Source: Callorhinchus milii (taxonomy: Eukaryota). From it: a stretch of DNA of 64,000 nucleotides. Below are positions 13,399 through 26,650 of this stretch, one piece after another. The stretch covers positions 92,816,001 to 92,880,000 of the forward strand of contig NW_024704743.1 in the NCBI RefSeq assembly GCF_018977255.1. The letters run 5' to 3'. The translations under genes were made by a program, and so were the position numbers. Numbering within the stretch: the first letter of the stretch is position 1; the number at the start of each line of letters is the position of its first letter. The notes under the pieces are model-generated. The model did not search any database, was not told where the DNA came from, and was given only the letters and a program-made list of their open reading frames with translations.

Positions 13399-15627
13399 AT
13401 GGGGAACCAGTGGAGCCTGACAGTTTGTTGTTTGATATAGTATAATAATAGATTAAAAAGTTCCGATTTGACAATTTCTAAGCTCATTATAAGCTCACAC
13501 CAAGGTCTGCATGTTTACACATATTAGGAGTGTGTTAAAAAGTGCTTGATGTGAAATCAACAGCGTAAAAGGAACCTTGAGTTGGAAGAGCACCTCAGCA
13601 TCTTAAATGTATCTCCTGCCAATTCCCCCTCCTATGATACATTGACTCTTTAGAACTCTGCTCTTAGATGATCTTGATGTAAGAGCCTTGTTCCCAGGGT
13701 CAGTGCTTGTTGTCATGTGATACACCGTTTATTTCCCTACAAACACTTATTAATCCCCACTGACCAACAGAGAATGAAATGTTCTTGTCCACCATGGACA
13801 GCAAATATGCACTATGTAGATGATGGAGAAGTGGACCGGTCACTTGTAACAAACATGTTTTGAGACAAGCGGGCATACAAAGCTTAATTGTCTTTTTAAT
13901 CAGTATACATTGAAGGAGAATGTATCCAACTATCTGATTTCCGATTTAAATTGGCAGTTTCACAAGTTGAGCAGCAAAAATAGCATGCATCATGATGCAT
14001 CAATCTCCAAGAATAGATTTATTGGAAGTTTGGGGATATAGAGTATATTTAAAAGACTGACTGCATCAAGCTCACAATTAGACGCTGAGAGAAATAAGAT
14101 TGCATCCATTTGCAGCAGCTAAAGGATGGGTTAAAATGAGGGACATGTTAAAAGTACAACAACATCAATGACTTGCACTTCTATAGTGATCTTCATGCGG
14201 CTAGTGGTTGATATTGAGCTGAACAGCGAGAGGGAGTAGTTGACACCCAGAACATTGATTCTAACCTAATGTGTGTTCCCTGCAGCTTCCAATAATAATA
14301 ATAATCCTTGCACTTGATGCATTGCCTTATCACATCCTGGACTTGAAAGCACAACCTAATTTCTTTGATCTTTTGAAATGAACCGAGTTTTTCCAAGATG
14401 AAAATTACGAAGATACCAGCAAACAGAAGAATGCAATGTGAATAGAAAAACACAAGTCAAAGCGGTAATTAAAATAAAATATCTATTGAAAAAGAAATGT
14501 ATTATAAACCTCTTGTTGCAAATGTCCAACACACATTGCAGGGGCCACTGAATATTCCAGTGGAAACAGTGACAAATAAATTGTTCTGGCCACTGAGCTT
14601 CCATGTTAACTGTCCCTGGATAGCTTCATATCAATCAGACTGATGTCACACACAAATATCGCTAAATAGGTTGTGATAGTTCGAGCATAAATATTCAGAG
14701 CAGATGAATGCACCCAGCCAAACTCGAGCTCATGCAGTTTTGCAAAAACTCACTGAAGAGTGAAGGTGACATGATGAAGGGTCTGACAGAGCAGAGGTGG
14801 CATGCTATGTGACAGAGAAATTACTTTCCTAAGTGATGCCCACACTGGAAATGTTGAGCTGAGCGGCAGGATTTCATGGAAGACATGATGGATCAGTGAT
14901 AACTATGTTGTCTGGGTAAAAAAAACTCAAATATGTAGTCTGTAGTTACAGGCCTACAAGTCAAATAGCCAGCTAAAATGTTACTTAGGTGGAAAGCAAC
15001 ATTCTAAGAAGGTGTAAGTAACATCTGTATAGACTAAGCTCAGCTGAAAGTTGAGCCAAATGTCCTGTTTCAATGCTGTACATTGTGTGCAATTCATATA
15101 AAACAATTTCTGCATTACTTTACATTGGAAATTCATAGCAAAATTGCAAACCTTTAGGACAATGTTCAGGAATTCCCTAATATCAGTGATTTTATACAAT
15201 TGACAAACAGTGGAGTCCTCCAGTAAATGACCCAGGATACTCACATTTCAAGTTTGAAAAAAGAACTAAACAAATTTGGGCTTATGAGTTGATCTGTCAA
15301 AGGAATCTTTTGGGAAGTTGGATAGCTTGAGAAGATGGACTAATGATGTATCTTATCCTCCCTGTTCCCATCATTATATTATGTGTTAGTGACTAATTTT
15401 TAGACTATTCGGCAATCAATATAAACAAAAACAAAATACATTTCCATAGCGCCTTTTACATTGGGAGGATGTCCTGTGCTTGGCTCATACATCCCAACAC
15501 AGCAGTATGCCACGTACACTATTTTTGGTCACCAAGACATGAACATTCCACATTCAGGCTTTCCATACTCATTAGATTTTTCACATACAAGAGTATTAAA
15601 GTGTTGGAAAACATAACAGGCTAACTG

Positions 15628-18208
15628 ATAGGAACATAGGAACATGAGTAGGCCATTCACCCCTTCGAGCCTGTTCCACCATTCAACTAGATCATACATT
15701 AGAATACATTAGAATATACAGCACAAAAACAGGCCATTCAGCCCAACTGGTCTATGCCGGTGTTTTTGCTCCACATGAGCCTCCTCCTGCCCTTCCTCAA
15801 CTAAGCCTTTAATCATAACCTTCTATTCCTTTCTTCCTCATGTACCTTCTAGCTTTCGTAAAATGAACCCCAATGCCTGGTTTGCATTTTTTATATCCGT
15901 ATTAATTGTGTTGCTACTTTTAGTGAATTGTGTATGCGTACCCCTAGATGCCTTTGCTCTTCTACCCCTCTTACGTTTTTATTTTCCAGGATGTATGTGA
16001 CTTCCTTATTCCATCTACCAAAATGTACCACCTCACACTTTTCTAAATTGAAATGCATTTGTCATTTAAATGTCCATTCAGCAAGTTTATTAATGTCTTG
16101 CTGTAATTTGTTGCAGTGCTACTCTGTATTAACTGCTCCCCCCAATTTGGGGTCATCTGCAAATTTTGAAATTGTACTGCTGATTCCCAAGTCCAAATCA
16201 TTAATGTATATTATACATTAGAATACGTCAGAATATATAGCACAGAAACAGGCTATGCCATTGTTTATGCTCCATGTGAGCCTCCTCCTGCCCTTCCTCA
16301 ACTAAGCCTTCAAGCATAACCTTCTATTCCTTTCTCTTTCATGTACCTATCTAGCTTCCCCTTAAATACATCTATGCTATTTACCTCAACAACTCCTTAC
16401 GGTAGCATGTTCCACATTCCCACTACTCTGTATCAAGAAATTTCTTCTCATTTCCCTATTCCCTGATGCTGACACCATCAGCATCCAAGGCTGTACTCTC
16501 CACCTCTCAAAGCCAGTCAGGAACCTCGGCGTTTTGTTCGACCCTGAGCTGTCCTTTCTCCCTCACATCCGCACCACAACTGGCACCGCCTTCCATCACC
16601 TCCGGAATATCGCCAGATTACGGCACTACCTCACCCCTCACGCCGCTGAAACCCTGGTTCACGCCTTTGTCACCTCAAGGCTGGACTATGGGAACTCTCT
16701 CCTCGCCGGCCTTCCCGCCACCTCCCTCCACAAGCTGCAGGTCATTCAGAACTCTGCAGCTCGTGTACTGTCCCGCACCAGGCTTCGCGATCACATCACT
16801 CCCACCCTCGCTCGCCTCCACTGGCTCCCCATCCCCCAGAGGATTGATTTCAAGATCCTCATCCTCACCTACAAGGCCATTCACGGCCTTGCTCCCTCCT
16901 ACCTCTCCAACCTACTATCCCCCTACCTACCTGCCCGTACCCTCCGTTCCTCTGGCTCCGGTCTGCTCCACGTCCCCCGCCCCAACCACCCTACCATCGG
17001 TGGTGGGGCCTTCAGCCTCTCAGCCCCCAGGCTCTGGAACTCCATCCCCCAGTGCCTTCGCCTTGCTTCCTCCCTTTCCTCCTTCAAGGCCAGTCTCAAA
17101 ACCTTTCTCTTTGACCGTGCCTTCAGCTCCCCTCTCGACTCTCTTCCTCCTCCTCGCTCCCTCCCTTCCCTCCCCTCACCCTGACCATTTCCCCCCTCCT
17201 CTCTCCCTCCCTTCCCTCCCTCACCCTGACCATTTCCCCCCTGCTCGGGTCATGACCCAACTGTGCAGCGCCTTGGGACGTCCTCCTGACGTGAAAGGCG
17301 CTCTATAAATGGAATCTTGTTGTTGTTGTTGTTGTATTTGATCTATTTGTGAATAATTTATATTGATGGCCACTGGTTTTGGTTTCTCCCACAAGTGGAA
17401 ACATCTTCCCTATGTCTACTCTATCAAAACCTTTCATCATTCTAAAGACCTCTATCAGGTCACCCCTTACCCTCCTTTTTTCAAGAGAAAAGAATCCAAG
17501 CATGTTCAGCCTTTCCTGATAGGTATAACCTCTCAGTTCTGGGATCATCCTTGTGAATCTCCTTTGCACCCTCTCCATTACCTCTACATCTCTTCTATAA
17601 TGTGGGGACCAGAACTGCACACAGTATTCTAAGTGTGGTCTAAACAAGATTCTATAGAAGTTTAACATAACTTCCCTCCTTTTCATTTCTATCCCTGTAG
17701 AAATGAACCCCAATACCTGGTTAGTCTTTTCTATGGCCTTATTAACCTGTGTCGCTACTTTTAGTGAATTGTGTATGTGTACCCCTAGATCCCTTTGCTC
17801 CTCTACCTCATTTGGGTTTTTATTTTCTAGGATGTATCATGGTTGATCTGTACCTCAACTAATTCTTTCAATTCCAATTTCCCGCTTTCTCTAGATATCC
17901 CTTAATACCCTGACCTTCCAAAAATCTATCAACCTCACTCTTGAAGGTATGGATGGATCCAGCATCTATGGCCTTTTGGAGGAGAGAATTCCAGATTTCT
18001 ACCACCCTTTGAGTGAAAAAATTATTCCTGATTTCACTCTTAAATGGCCTATGTTGTCATTTTAAGACTATGCCCCTTGTTTTGGATTCCTCCACCAGAA
18101 GAAATAGCTTCTCTGTATCTACCCTATTGAATCCCTTTATCATATCAAATACCTAAATCAAATCAGCCCTCAACCTTCCAAACTGAAGGGAATACAATCC
18201 AAGTTTAT
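15628..18208 (-). mobile_element. Nested CR1 LINE fragments (older CR1 3' end interrupted by two CR1 copies and an L2)
   Basis: ORF 17303..17713 (RPHLEYCVQFWSPH...RVRGDLIEVF) is CR1 ORF2. Tails aggaacat and acattagaat are present. The outer CR1 resumes at 17837. Confidence 0.9.
16465..17335 (+). mobile_element. Young L2 LINE, 5'-truncated, ORF2 C-terminus intact
   Basis: ORF 16534..17184 (LVHAFVTSRLDYGNSLLAGLP...HITPTLARLHWLPIPQRIDFKILILTYKA...LKTFLF); 3' stem-loop and (GTT)n tail; short internal duplication in the 3' UTR. Confidence 0.97.
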
Positions 18209-19009
18209 CAGATAAAACACCATTTTGATTTAAAAGAAGTTTCTTGCAGAAATAAGAACACAAAATCCTGACACCTAACTTCAGCTACTTAAGAGTCAAT
18301 GAGTGTTGAATCATCCCAACCATCACAAACTGTATCTGAGCTCTAAAAGAAATTAGGATTTTTTAAAAGAAAAACATATTCCTCAAAGGCTCACTGTACT
18401 GAAGATTTGTCATTTGCTTCTTTGATTGTTTCTTCTTTAAAACACCAGCATGTTAACAAGTTCTGGCACCGAGCTGTTCATCAATAATCAAGTCCGCAGA
18501 GAGGAAACTGCACCCAATGGGGAGAGTATGCACACATGTCTTTCAACCTTTGCCAGCTTCAGGAACTGCAGTCACTTGAAGTAAGACCAGCTCCCACACA
18601 CGACTAAAAGCTTTTAGTTAATTAACTACATGCATGCAAAAAAATCGACCTTGTAAGCAAAAGCACAGGCATCAACCATGGTGTTCTGCAGAGAGAAATG
18701 ACTATGCGGATAGCAGCAACTGGGAAGAGTGGGGAGAGGAGAGAAGGACAGTGCTTGGTCACTTGAAACATCTATAAAGGAACAATTGGCCATCTGCTGC
18801 TTTTAGGAATAATAGGTGATGGCTAGTGCCATGAGAGTAAAATAATAAATATCCTCCTGAGGTTTCTGCAGTAAATGTAGAAAATGCTTGGCAATGATCA
18901 TACATACCATCTGTATGTTGACAGGCTGATTCAGTATGCCACAGGGTTTGCTGAGGCACACAAACAGTTACATAGATGATCTGGTAGCATGCATGGAACT
19001 GACACTTAC

Positions 19010-19039
19010 CCTGCAAGGCATGATTAAAATTAGACTCTG
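19010..19039 (-). other. Candidate 30-nt (or 27-nt NAGNAG) microexon of an unidentified minus-strand gene
   Basis: Minus strand: ggttttttttataaccag|CAGAGTCTAATTTTAATCATGCCTTGCAGG|gtaagtgtcagttccatgcatg. Perfect GTAAGT donor, frame-preserving length, TGCATG about 16 nt downstream. Confidence 0.4.
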
Positions 19040-19384
19040 CTGGTTATAAAAAAAAACCACCAAACCATACATGATAATTGCCATTTTAAAAGCAATAGAT
19101 AAGAGTGATTGACAAGGATAACCAATGCTTACACTAAAAATAAAATAATTTGAGACATTTTCATTTTTCCAATTATTTCTTTAATGAGTGCTAGCAAGTG
19201 AAATGTCATAATGATAATTCTGAAAATTTTATATCCGTCCAATAGAGAAAATCTGTAATTTCAGAAAAGAAACAAGTCATAGTAGGCCAGAAGTCAAAGC
19301 TGGGGATTGATAAACATATTCCATTTCTTAATTATCACCGCAGATAGTTAGCAAACACTTCATCACTGCCATAATGATAGATTT

Positions 19385-19722
19385 GATAGAGGTTGGGGTT
19401 CAAGCTCCATAATCAAGACTTTGAGCTCATACTCCAGATAAGTATTGGGGGGTGCTGCATTGTTAGAAGTGCCATCCTTCGGATGAAATGTTAAACCGAA
19501 GTCCTGTCTGCCTGTTCAGATGAATGTTAAAGATCCAGTAGCACTATTCAATAAGAGAAGAGAAGTGTGCTTCTCTCAGTGTCCTGGCTGACAGTCTCCA
19601 ATATAAAATTAGCTATTCACAGATGCATAGTCACTACACTTAAAGTAAACTCTATAAAGCATATTTGAGATGTGATAAGGTGACGTGATAAGGTGCTCCA
19701 CTAATTGCAGGGATTATTATTA
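19385..19722 (+). mobile_element. Deu-domain SINE, 5'-degraded
   Basis: gtgccatccttcggatgaaatgttaaaccgaagtcctgtctgcctgttcag core plus tail. Confidence 0.8.
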
Positions 19723-19966
19723 GTTTTCACTGAACATGTCCTGAATTTAGAAGATGCTTTTTCCCCTCAGGCCTTGCAGCATGTACAGCAGCCATCTTTA
19801 TTTTTTAATAAAATGAGGGAATCAATTTTTTAATTCCCAGCCGCTATTATTTTTTACTTTTAAAATATTTTTACACCAGTATATGCAAAGAAGCATGAAA
19901 ACCATGGAGTCAACTGAGCATGATTAAAGACTTTCCCGATTTCATTCCCAGATACTGGTGTGGTGT

Positions 19967-20280
19967 ATAATAATAATAATAATCCTTGAATTCGATATAG
20001 CGCTTTTCATGTCAGGAGGACATCCCAAAGCGCTTCACAGAACACACTGTAAAGTGAATTGACTGTATATTTGTGGGGGAACGCGGCAGCCAATTGCGCA
20101 CAGCAATGTCCCACAAACAGTCGTAGATTGAAAATGACCAATTTTATTATTGTTTTTGGTTTTGGAGGTATTATTATTAGGCGTGTGGAGTAAGGAAACT
20201 TGCCCAAGATTTCGCCCTGCCTGGAATTGAACTCAGGTCTCTCGCTTGCAAAGAGAGTGCTCTAACCACTGAGCTACAGC
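19967..20280 (-). mobile_element. tRNA-derived SINE with L2-type tail (short form), full length
   Basis: Minus-strand head gctgtagctcagtggttagagcactc...gagttcaattcc carries A and B boxes; tail aagcgctttgggatgtcctcctgacatgaaaagcgctatatc followed by (ATT)n. Confidence 0.92.
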
Positions 20281-20458
20281 ACTTCACCAAGCAGACTAGA
20301 AGGGCCAAATAGCTTGTTTCTAAGCATACCATCCATGAATCTATGAATACTTGCTGAATGATATGTTTAACAGGAGCAATTTAAAGTTAAAAAAAACAAT
20401 AGTGGTTTGAAAACTAAACCTCAAAACAAAGATGGTGACTGTCCCAGGACTCAGAGAA

Positions 20459-20820
20459 TAATAAAAATTAATCATTGCATTTGATATTTTGCTCCTCTCA
20501 TGTCACCTTTCATATTGCGTCTAAGTGCTTCATAGCATCCATCTAAAATGTAAAGACTGAATTTTGTAGGCAGACACGGCAGCTAATTTGGCACAGCGAT
20601 GACCCACAAACAACCATAAAGTGAATGATCAACCTTCACTGGGGATTTTTGCTCAGAACACCTGGAGAAACTTCCTTCTCTTTTCAAGTTGTGCCATGGG
20701 ATCTTTAATGTCCACCTAAAGAGACAGATAGGTCCTTAATTTATCTTCCCATCTGAATGACGGCACCTCCAAAATACAACACTCTTCAAGCACTGAATTG
20801 GAGTGTCAGCCCAGAATATG
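20459..20820 (-). mobile_element. Deu-domain SINE
   Basis: gtgccatgggatctttaatgtccacct...catctgaatgacggcacctcc is the reverse complement of the Deu core. Confidence 0.8.
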
Positions 20821-21109
20821 AGACATAGAGAAATAGAAACAGTCATAGGCAGAGACAGAAAAGATAAAATTAAGAGACTAAAAGAGAGATATAGCAAAAG
20901 GAATGTCTGAACACTGTACACTGTATAGTGTGGTACATTAATGACAGTCTAACTCCTAATGGAAGGACTTTTGGGCTAGCAATATAGCCAATTTGTATTT
21001 TGCATGATGAGTAATTACAGTTTCCTTATATGACTAATTACAGTAGCCTTGGACACAACTACTCTAGATAAATGTTCTTCTACTGTAGCAAGTAAACAGT
21101 TAATGGGAT

Positions 21110-21810
21110 TTAATGTAGATATATCTCCAGATTCCAATGGAAGCAGTCAGAATCTTGAGAGAGGTTAATAATTAAACAACAGAGGCTCTGAACATAATTT
21201 TTCAGAAGACCCATTAGAGGGGTTGTCTTAGAGTACTGCAGAGTGGCAAATGTCACTCTTCTGTTTAACAAAGGGAAGAAGAAAGAGTCAGAGAACTATA
21301 GGACATTTTTTCTCAATTGTAGGGTGGTTAAGGTGGTTAAGGTTATTATCAGGTACATGGTTGCAAAACATTTAGAAAGGATAGAGATGACAAGTTTATA
21401 TATATGTTTTACATATATATTATTTATATCTGATATATATTATATAATATATATTATATATGATAAATAAATGATTTACAATTATCATTTGTAAAGGTAA
21501 AATCATAACTGACAAATCTGATCAAGATCTTTCAGGAAGAAACCAAAGGTGTGGACAGAAAAGGTGAAGTACGTGTTGTACATTTGGTTCTTGGGCTGGT
21601 ATTCATTAAAGTGATGCATGACATATGTTTGGTCAAATTTAAGGTACATGGGATTGTAACAAAATGGATGGTTGAAATATAGGTGGCAGAGAGTGGGATG
21701 ATGTTTTGGATTGACAAAGGATAATTAATATTGTATCCCTAAGGATCAATATTGTTGTATTTTGGAGGTGCTATCATCCTTGTTCTCTATTTATATTGAT
21801 GGGCTGGACA
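21110..21810 (+). mobile_element. Old CR1 RT fragment with an embedded AT-rich microsatellite
   Basis: ANVTLLFNKGKKKESENYR resembles CR1 ANVTPLFKKG..GNYRP; (TA)-rich tract at about 21395-21470. Confidence 0.7.
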
Positions 21811-22271
21811 TAATAATATTAATCCTTACATTTGATATAGAATCTTTCACGTTGGAAAGACATCTCAAAGTGCTTCACAGGATAAGATAAAGTAGAGTCA
21901 CTGTGTATTTTGTGGGCAAATGCGGCGACCAATATGCATACCAATGTCTGACAAACAACCATGAAAATGGATGGGCAATATTAGAAGATTGTTGGCCTGG
22001 ACATGGGGGCAAACTTCCTCCTCTAAAAGGTTAGTGGAATGGGCAGACCTGTGGAAAATGTAATTCAATACAGAAAAAAAACTTGCTTTTGATATACCGG
22101 CTTATCACATCAAAATGTTGCCTAAACACTTCAGAGTATTCTGCAAAATGGTTTATTTAATCATGGTGTATTTAAAGACGAATGCAGAAGTCAATTTTCT
22201 CACAGAAATATCCCATTGCTTCATTACATGTCCCAAAGAACCGTAAAAAGTGAATGACCACAATCTTTTAT

Positions 22272-22389
22272 ACAACAACAACAACAAAATTACATTCGGT
22301 ATAGTGCCTTTCTCATCAGGAACACGTCCCAAGGCCCTGGACAGACAGAGTTTCGGACCCAAGCCGGGGGTCGGGATTGGAGAGAGTGG
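22272..22389 (-). mobile_element. L2 3'-end fragment
   Basis: (CAA)n followed by the reverse complement of an L2 3' UTR resembling 26560-26650. Confidence 0.8.
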
Positions 22390-22390
22390 C

Positions 22391-22683
22391 CAGGCTTTCA
22401 GCCCTCTCAGCCCCGAGGCTCTGGAACTCCATCCCCCAGTGCCTTCGCCGCCTCCTCCCTTTCTTCCTTCAAGGCCGGTCTCAAGACCTTTCTCTTTGAC
22501 TGTGCCTTCACCTCCCCTCTCAACTGTCTACCCCCTCCTCGCTCCCTCCCTTCCCTCTCCTCACCCTGACCATTTCCCCCCTGCTCAGGTCCTGACCCAA
22601 CTGTCCGGCGCTTTGGGACGTCCTCCCGACGTGAAAGGCGCTCTATAAATTAAATCTTGTTGTTATCTTGTTGTTATTGTTGT
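22391..22683 (+). mobile_element. Young L2 3' fragment
   Basis: Near identical to the 3' part of 16465-17335; tail gacgtcctcccgacgtgaaaggcgctctataaat plus (GTT)n. Confidence 0.93.
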
Positions 22684-23329
22684 AGTTGGCTTCATTGGAG
22701 GAGCCAAAACTAACCCGAATACAGTGAGCTGAATGGCTTTGTACTGTGTTGTATGTTTCTATGGTTTTAAGGAATGCATTTAGAATTATCAAAATTTTGC
22801 TCACATAAAGACTAACCCATATGGAACACCAGTCACTACATCTTCTCAGTCTGAAAAACATCTCTTTACATCCACTCTTTCCTCTTTACCTATGTTTCTA
22901 ACAATGAGGCCACAGTTCCCTATTTCCAAGTGACATAATCTTCTATTTGTTAAGTTATAAAATGATATTGTAAAGACAGAAATGCTGAAAACGTAGGTAG
23001 AAAAACAGCTTAAGGCCTCTGATGATGTTGTTCAATGAGTTAATATGACATGTTAGAAGAGCACGCAAAATTGATTCTCTAATTCCCTTTTCTATATGCA
23101 ACGCCTCTCCCCTAACTGGCATTCGTAGATTCAGTGCAAGGGAATTGTATCTGCAAATAAAACCAACAAATTATAATAATAATTCAATAATAATCCTTGC
23201 AATTGATATAGCAACTCATCATGTTGTCAAGCCGTCTCAAAGCGCTTCACAGGATATTCTGTAAAGTGGAGGCTGAGGTTTATGGGCAAAACTAGGGGAT
23301 ACCGTGGAGTCAGAGAAGGTCTTACAAAG

Positions 23330-23670
23330 AAGATTTACCTGAGACAAATCACTGACAAATGAAGTTCATTATGAATAAATACAAGCTACTGAATGTAGGG
23401 AATAAAAATAGGAGACACTTGTACTCCATGAGCAATATAGAACTTGATAAGCGGGAAGTTAAAGGAGACCTAGAAGTGTTGTTGACTTGACCCATCAATC
23501 ACTGTGTCAAAAGCAATGTGAAGCAGCAATAAACCAGGCTAAACAGGATCCTGGGTTACCATACAAATCGTTTTGAGTTTTGCTTTGCAGGAGTCAAGGC
23601 CAAGTTAGAGAAATGCACATAGTTCTGGTCGCTCTGATTTAAACAGAGCTGTCTAGGTCCTGGAGGCAAA
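23330..23670 (+). mobile_element. Highly degraded CR1 fragment
   Basis: ggagacctagaagtgttgttgac...caatgtgaagcagcaataaaccaggctaaacaggatcctggg resembles CR1 ERDLGV...QC..A..KANRMLG. Confidence 0.6.
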
Positions 23671-24394
23671 ATTAAAGTTGATCTCTTTCCCAGTATTGAC
23701 ATCATCCTTCACTTTAATGAGCACATAAATTGAGTAAAGCCAGAAAAAAATGTCAATTAAATATTTTGAAGCAGAGCAGATCCACTCTCTCAGGTACTTT
23801 CAAATATTTAGTGCAAACTGTTTCAAGTTTTAAGCACATCTCTGATGCTGAAATGCAGTTTTTAATATGTTGACTTTCAGATCATTTTTATCATTTTAAT
23901 ATGCAGAGCTTGCAGAGCAGGGTTTAAAAAGTCTCAAATTAAAAAAAATGTTAATATATCTCCTCTTTGCTGTAAAAAAATTCAAATTGTAACAAAAATG
24001 AAACTGAATCATAAAAGGCAAAACTCTTTTGATCTGATAAGATGTTGATGGTTGCGAAATTACAATTTTATAAAGTTATTTGCTTTAATCTGATGTGTGG
24101 CAAATATATAGACATGTTTGCTATTCTCAATAACCCAAAATAGAACACAATATACATAGTTTATTATATTTCACATAGAGTGGTAAAACTTTCAACATTT
24201 TATAACAGATTCAATGCGCTAATTATTATATTGAATCTGTTTTGAAGCACTGCTTTTTCCATCTATTGCTTCTGACTGGTGGTGAGATCAATTAACCCCT
24301 GTTTTAATTTGATCCCATGCTTGATTTCAAAATACTTTGGCTGCTACATTGGTAGCCACATATCCTTGCCTTGATTTTTTTNCAATCTTGGAAC

Positions 24395-24638
24395 CAGTGT
24401 TTAACTGTAGATTTCGGGACACCGATAGAGTTAGGTTGGTATCCTGTAAAATCTTCCAGTAATAATTCCCCCCGGCAGTAAGAGTTAGTATCTCTGAATA
24501 GAAACTGAAATGCTGTCTGGCTCAATAGCTGCGGAAATCTGCTTAATGCAAAATCATTTTAACAAAGTGTGGGATGGGGCGGGGAAATTATTACTGGGAC
24601 ATCTCCAGTTACGTCCCGAGATATGATAATTACCGCTG
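24395..24638. mobile_element. Old MITE-like element with long imperfect inverted ends
   Basis: Left cagtgtttaa..tttcgggac..ccagtaataattcccc mirrors right ggggaaattattactgg..gtcccgaga..taccgctg. No TSD found. Confidence 0.6.
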
Positions 24639-25434
24639 GTGACATTTATCAGATATCTGAATTTTCATCCCTTGAGTTGTAACAACAAACTGAACATATT
24701 TTGTAAAGTTATTAGTGTGTAATTTGTGGTATTTCTTAATGGGATTACTTGAGTAGGAAATTGTGCCAAGCAAATGTGGAATCCTTCTGATAACAGGAAG
24801 AATGTCAAGTCGACCCACAAGACGTCTATTTCAGCATGATTGGAAAGGTCACTGTGGAGAGAAGAAAAAAAATCAAGAAATCCCATTAATATATATCTCA
24901 AATAAAACCAACTTAAATGCTTTTAGTAAAGATTGTTTTTAATAACTTCTTTCGTATACCACCAACAGATTTTGTCTTATTCTGTATTCCAGTTAGTGGT
25001 TGCTGAGTATACAAATAAAGATCTCCAGCATTTGTTGAGTAGTTTTTCATTACGATCAGGAAATAACCTATTTAAATTGTCCATTTAAATTGCAGAATAT
25101 CAGCAGGTGAATAATAATAATCATTACATTCGGTATAGCGCCTCTCATGTTAGGAGTATGTCTAAAAAGCTTCATACAATATATTGTAAGTGGAATTACT
25201 GTATTTTATGAGCAAACATTTCAGCCAATTTGCACACAGCATTGACCCTCTTTTAGCCAATTTGCACACAATGAAGGCCCTCAAACAGCCATGGAATGAA
25301 TGAACAATTTTATTTAGAGAATTGTTGGCCAGGACACCAGGAGAAACTCTCTGCTCTTTTCAAGTACTGCAAAGGGATCTTTAACATCCACCTGAATAGG
25401 CAGACAGGACCTTGATTTAACTTCTCAACTCATC

Positions 25435-25760
25435 AGGTTCAATTTCCAGGCAGCCAAGTTTCCTTACTCCACACAAACACACACCTGTGTTTACCTAGCA
25501 GTAAGTAGGAACCCGGTTGTTAATCAATTGGCAGATTGCGATTCCGGGGTAATAATCCCTTCAAAAATATATATTAAAAAATAATAATAATTTAGTCACT
25601 TGGTCCACAGCTGTTTGTGGGTCACTGCTGTGTGCAATTGGCTGCTACGTTTCACCCACAAAATATAGTCACTACACTTTACAATATACCCTGTGAAGCG
25701 CTTTGAAATCTCTCAACAACGTGATAAGGAGCTATATCAAATACAAAGATTATTATTATT
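25435..25760 (+). mobile_element. tRNA-derived SINE (long form), 5'-truncated
   Basis: ggttcaatttccaggcag..caagtttccttactccac..tttacctagcagtaagtaggaacccgg..tail gattattattatt. Confidence 0.88.
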
Positions 25761-25820
25761 ACCTCTGACAATGCAGCACACCCTCAGCACTGTATTGAAC
25801 TGTCAGCCTGAGAACTAACT

Positions 25821-26650
25821 CTTGATTGGCTCCCGTCAGCGCCTCCGCACCTCAGGCACGGACAGTATCATCAAGCATGGCTGCTCACTCCACCTCATCA
25901 AGCCAGTCCAGAACCTTGGCATCTTGTTTGACCCTCAACTATCCTTTCTACCCCACAACCATGCCATGACCCACTCTGCATTGCCCCACCTCCACAACAT
26001 TGCCCGGCTCCGCCACTGTCTCACACCGCAGGGCGCCGAAACCCTCATACATGCATTCATAACATCCAAGCTTGACTATGTAAACTCCCTGCTCATTGGC
26101 CTCCCCAACTCCTCCCTCCACATGCTGCAGATCATCCAGAACTCTCCAGCCCGTGTCCTCTCCCGCACCAGACTCCGTGACCCTATCACCCCCATCTTCA
26201 CCCAACTCCACTGGCTTCCCATCACTCAGAGGATACAGTTCAAGATCCTAGTCCTCACTTTTAAAACCCTCCATGGCCTTGCTCCCCCTACCTCTGTGAC
26301 CTCCTAATCCCCTACCAACCTGCCCATTCCCTCCGCTCAATGGGCTCCAGTCTGCTTCATGTCCCCTGCCTTGCCCGCCCCACCATTGACGAGCGGGCCT
26401 TCTGCCACTCTGCCCCCAGCTTCTGGAACTCCATCCCACAGTCCCTCCACCTCGCCCCCTCCCTTACATCCTTCAAGACCCATTTCAAGACCCTCCTCTT
26501 CGACCGTCCTTTCGATTACTCTCCTCCGCCCACTGCCGTCCACCTTCCGCAATCCTGGGCCTCAGCTCGGGTCTGAAACACTGACTGTTCAGCACCTTGG
26601 GACATTCTCCTGACATGAAAGATGCTAAACAAATGTAATTTTGTTGTTGT
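25821..26650 (+). mobile_element. L2 LINE 3' fragment
   Basis: ORF 25822..26307 (LIHAFITSKLDYVNSLLIGLP...LHWLPITQRIQFKILVLTFK); frameshifted; (GTT)n tail. Confidence 0.95.

Noticed and set aside
16466..17308. 280-aa Pro/Ser-rich ORF and its relatives at 9362, 22250 and 51932
   Set aside because: Shadow frames of the C-rich L2 ORF2 and 3' UTR.
24382..24382. Single N
   Set aside because: Assembly ambiguity next to a T homopolymer.
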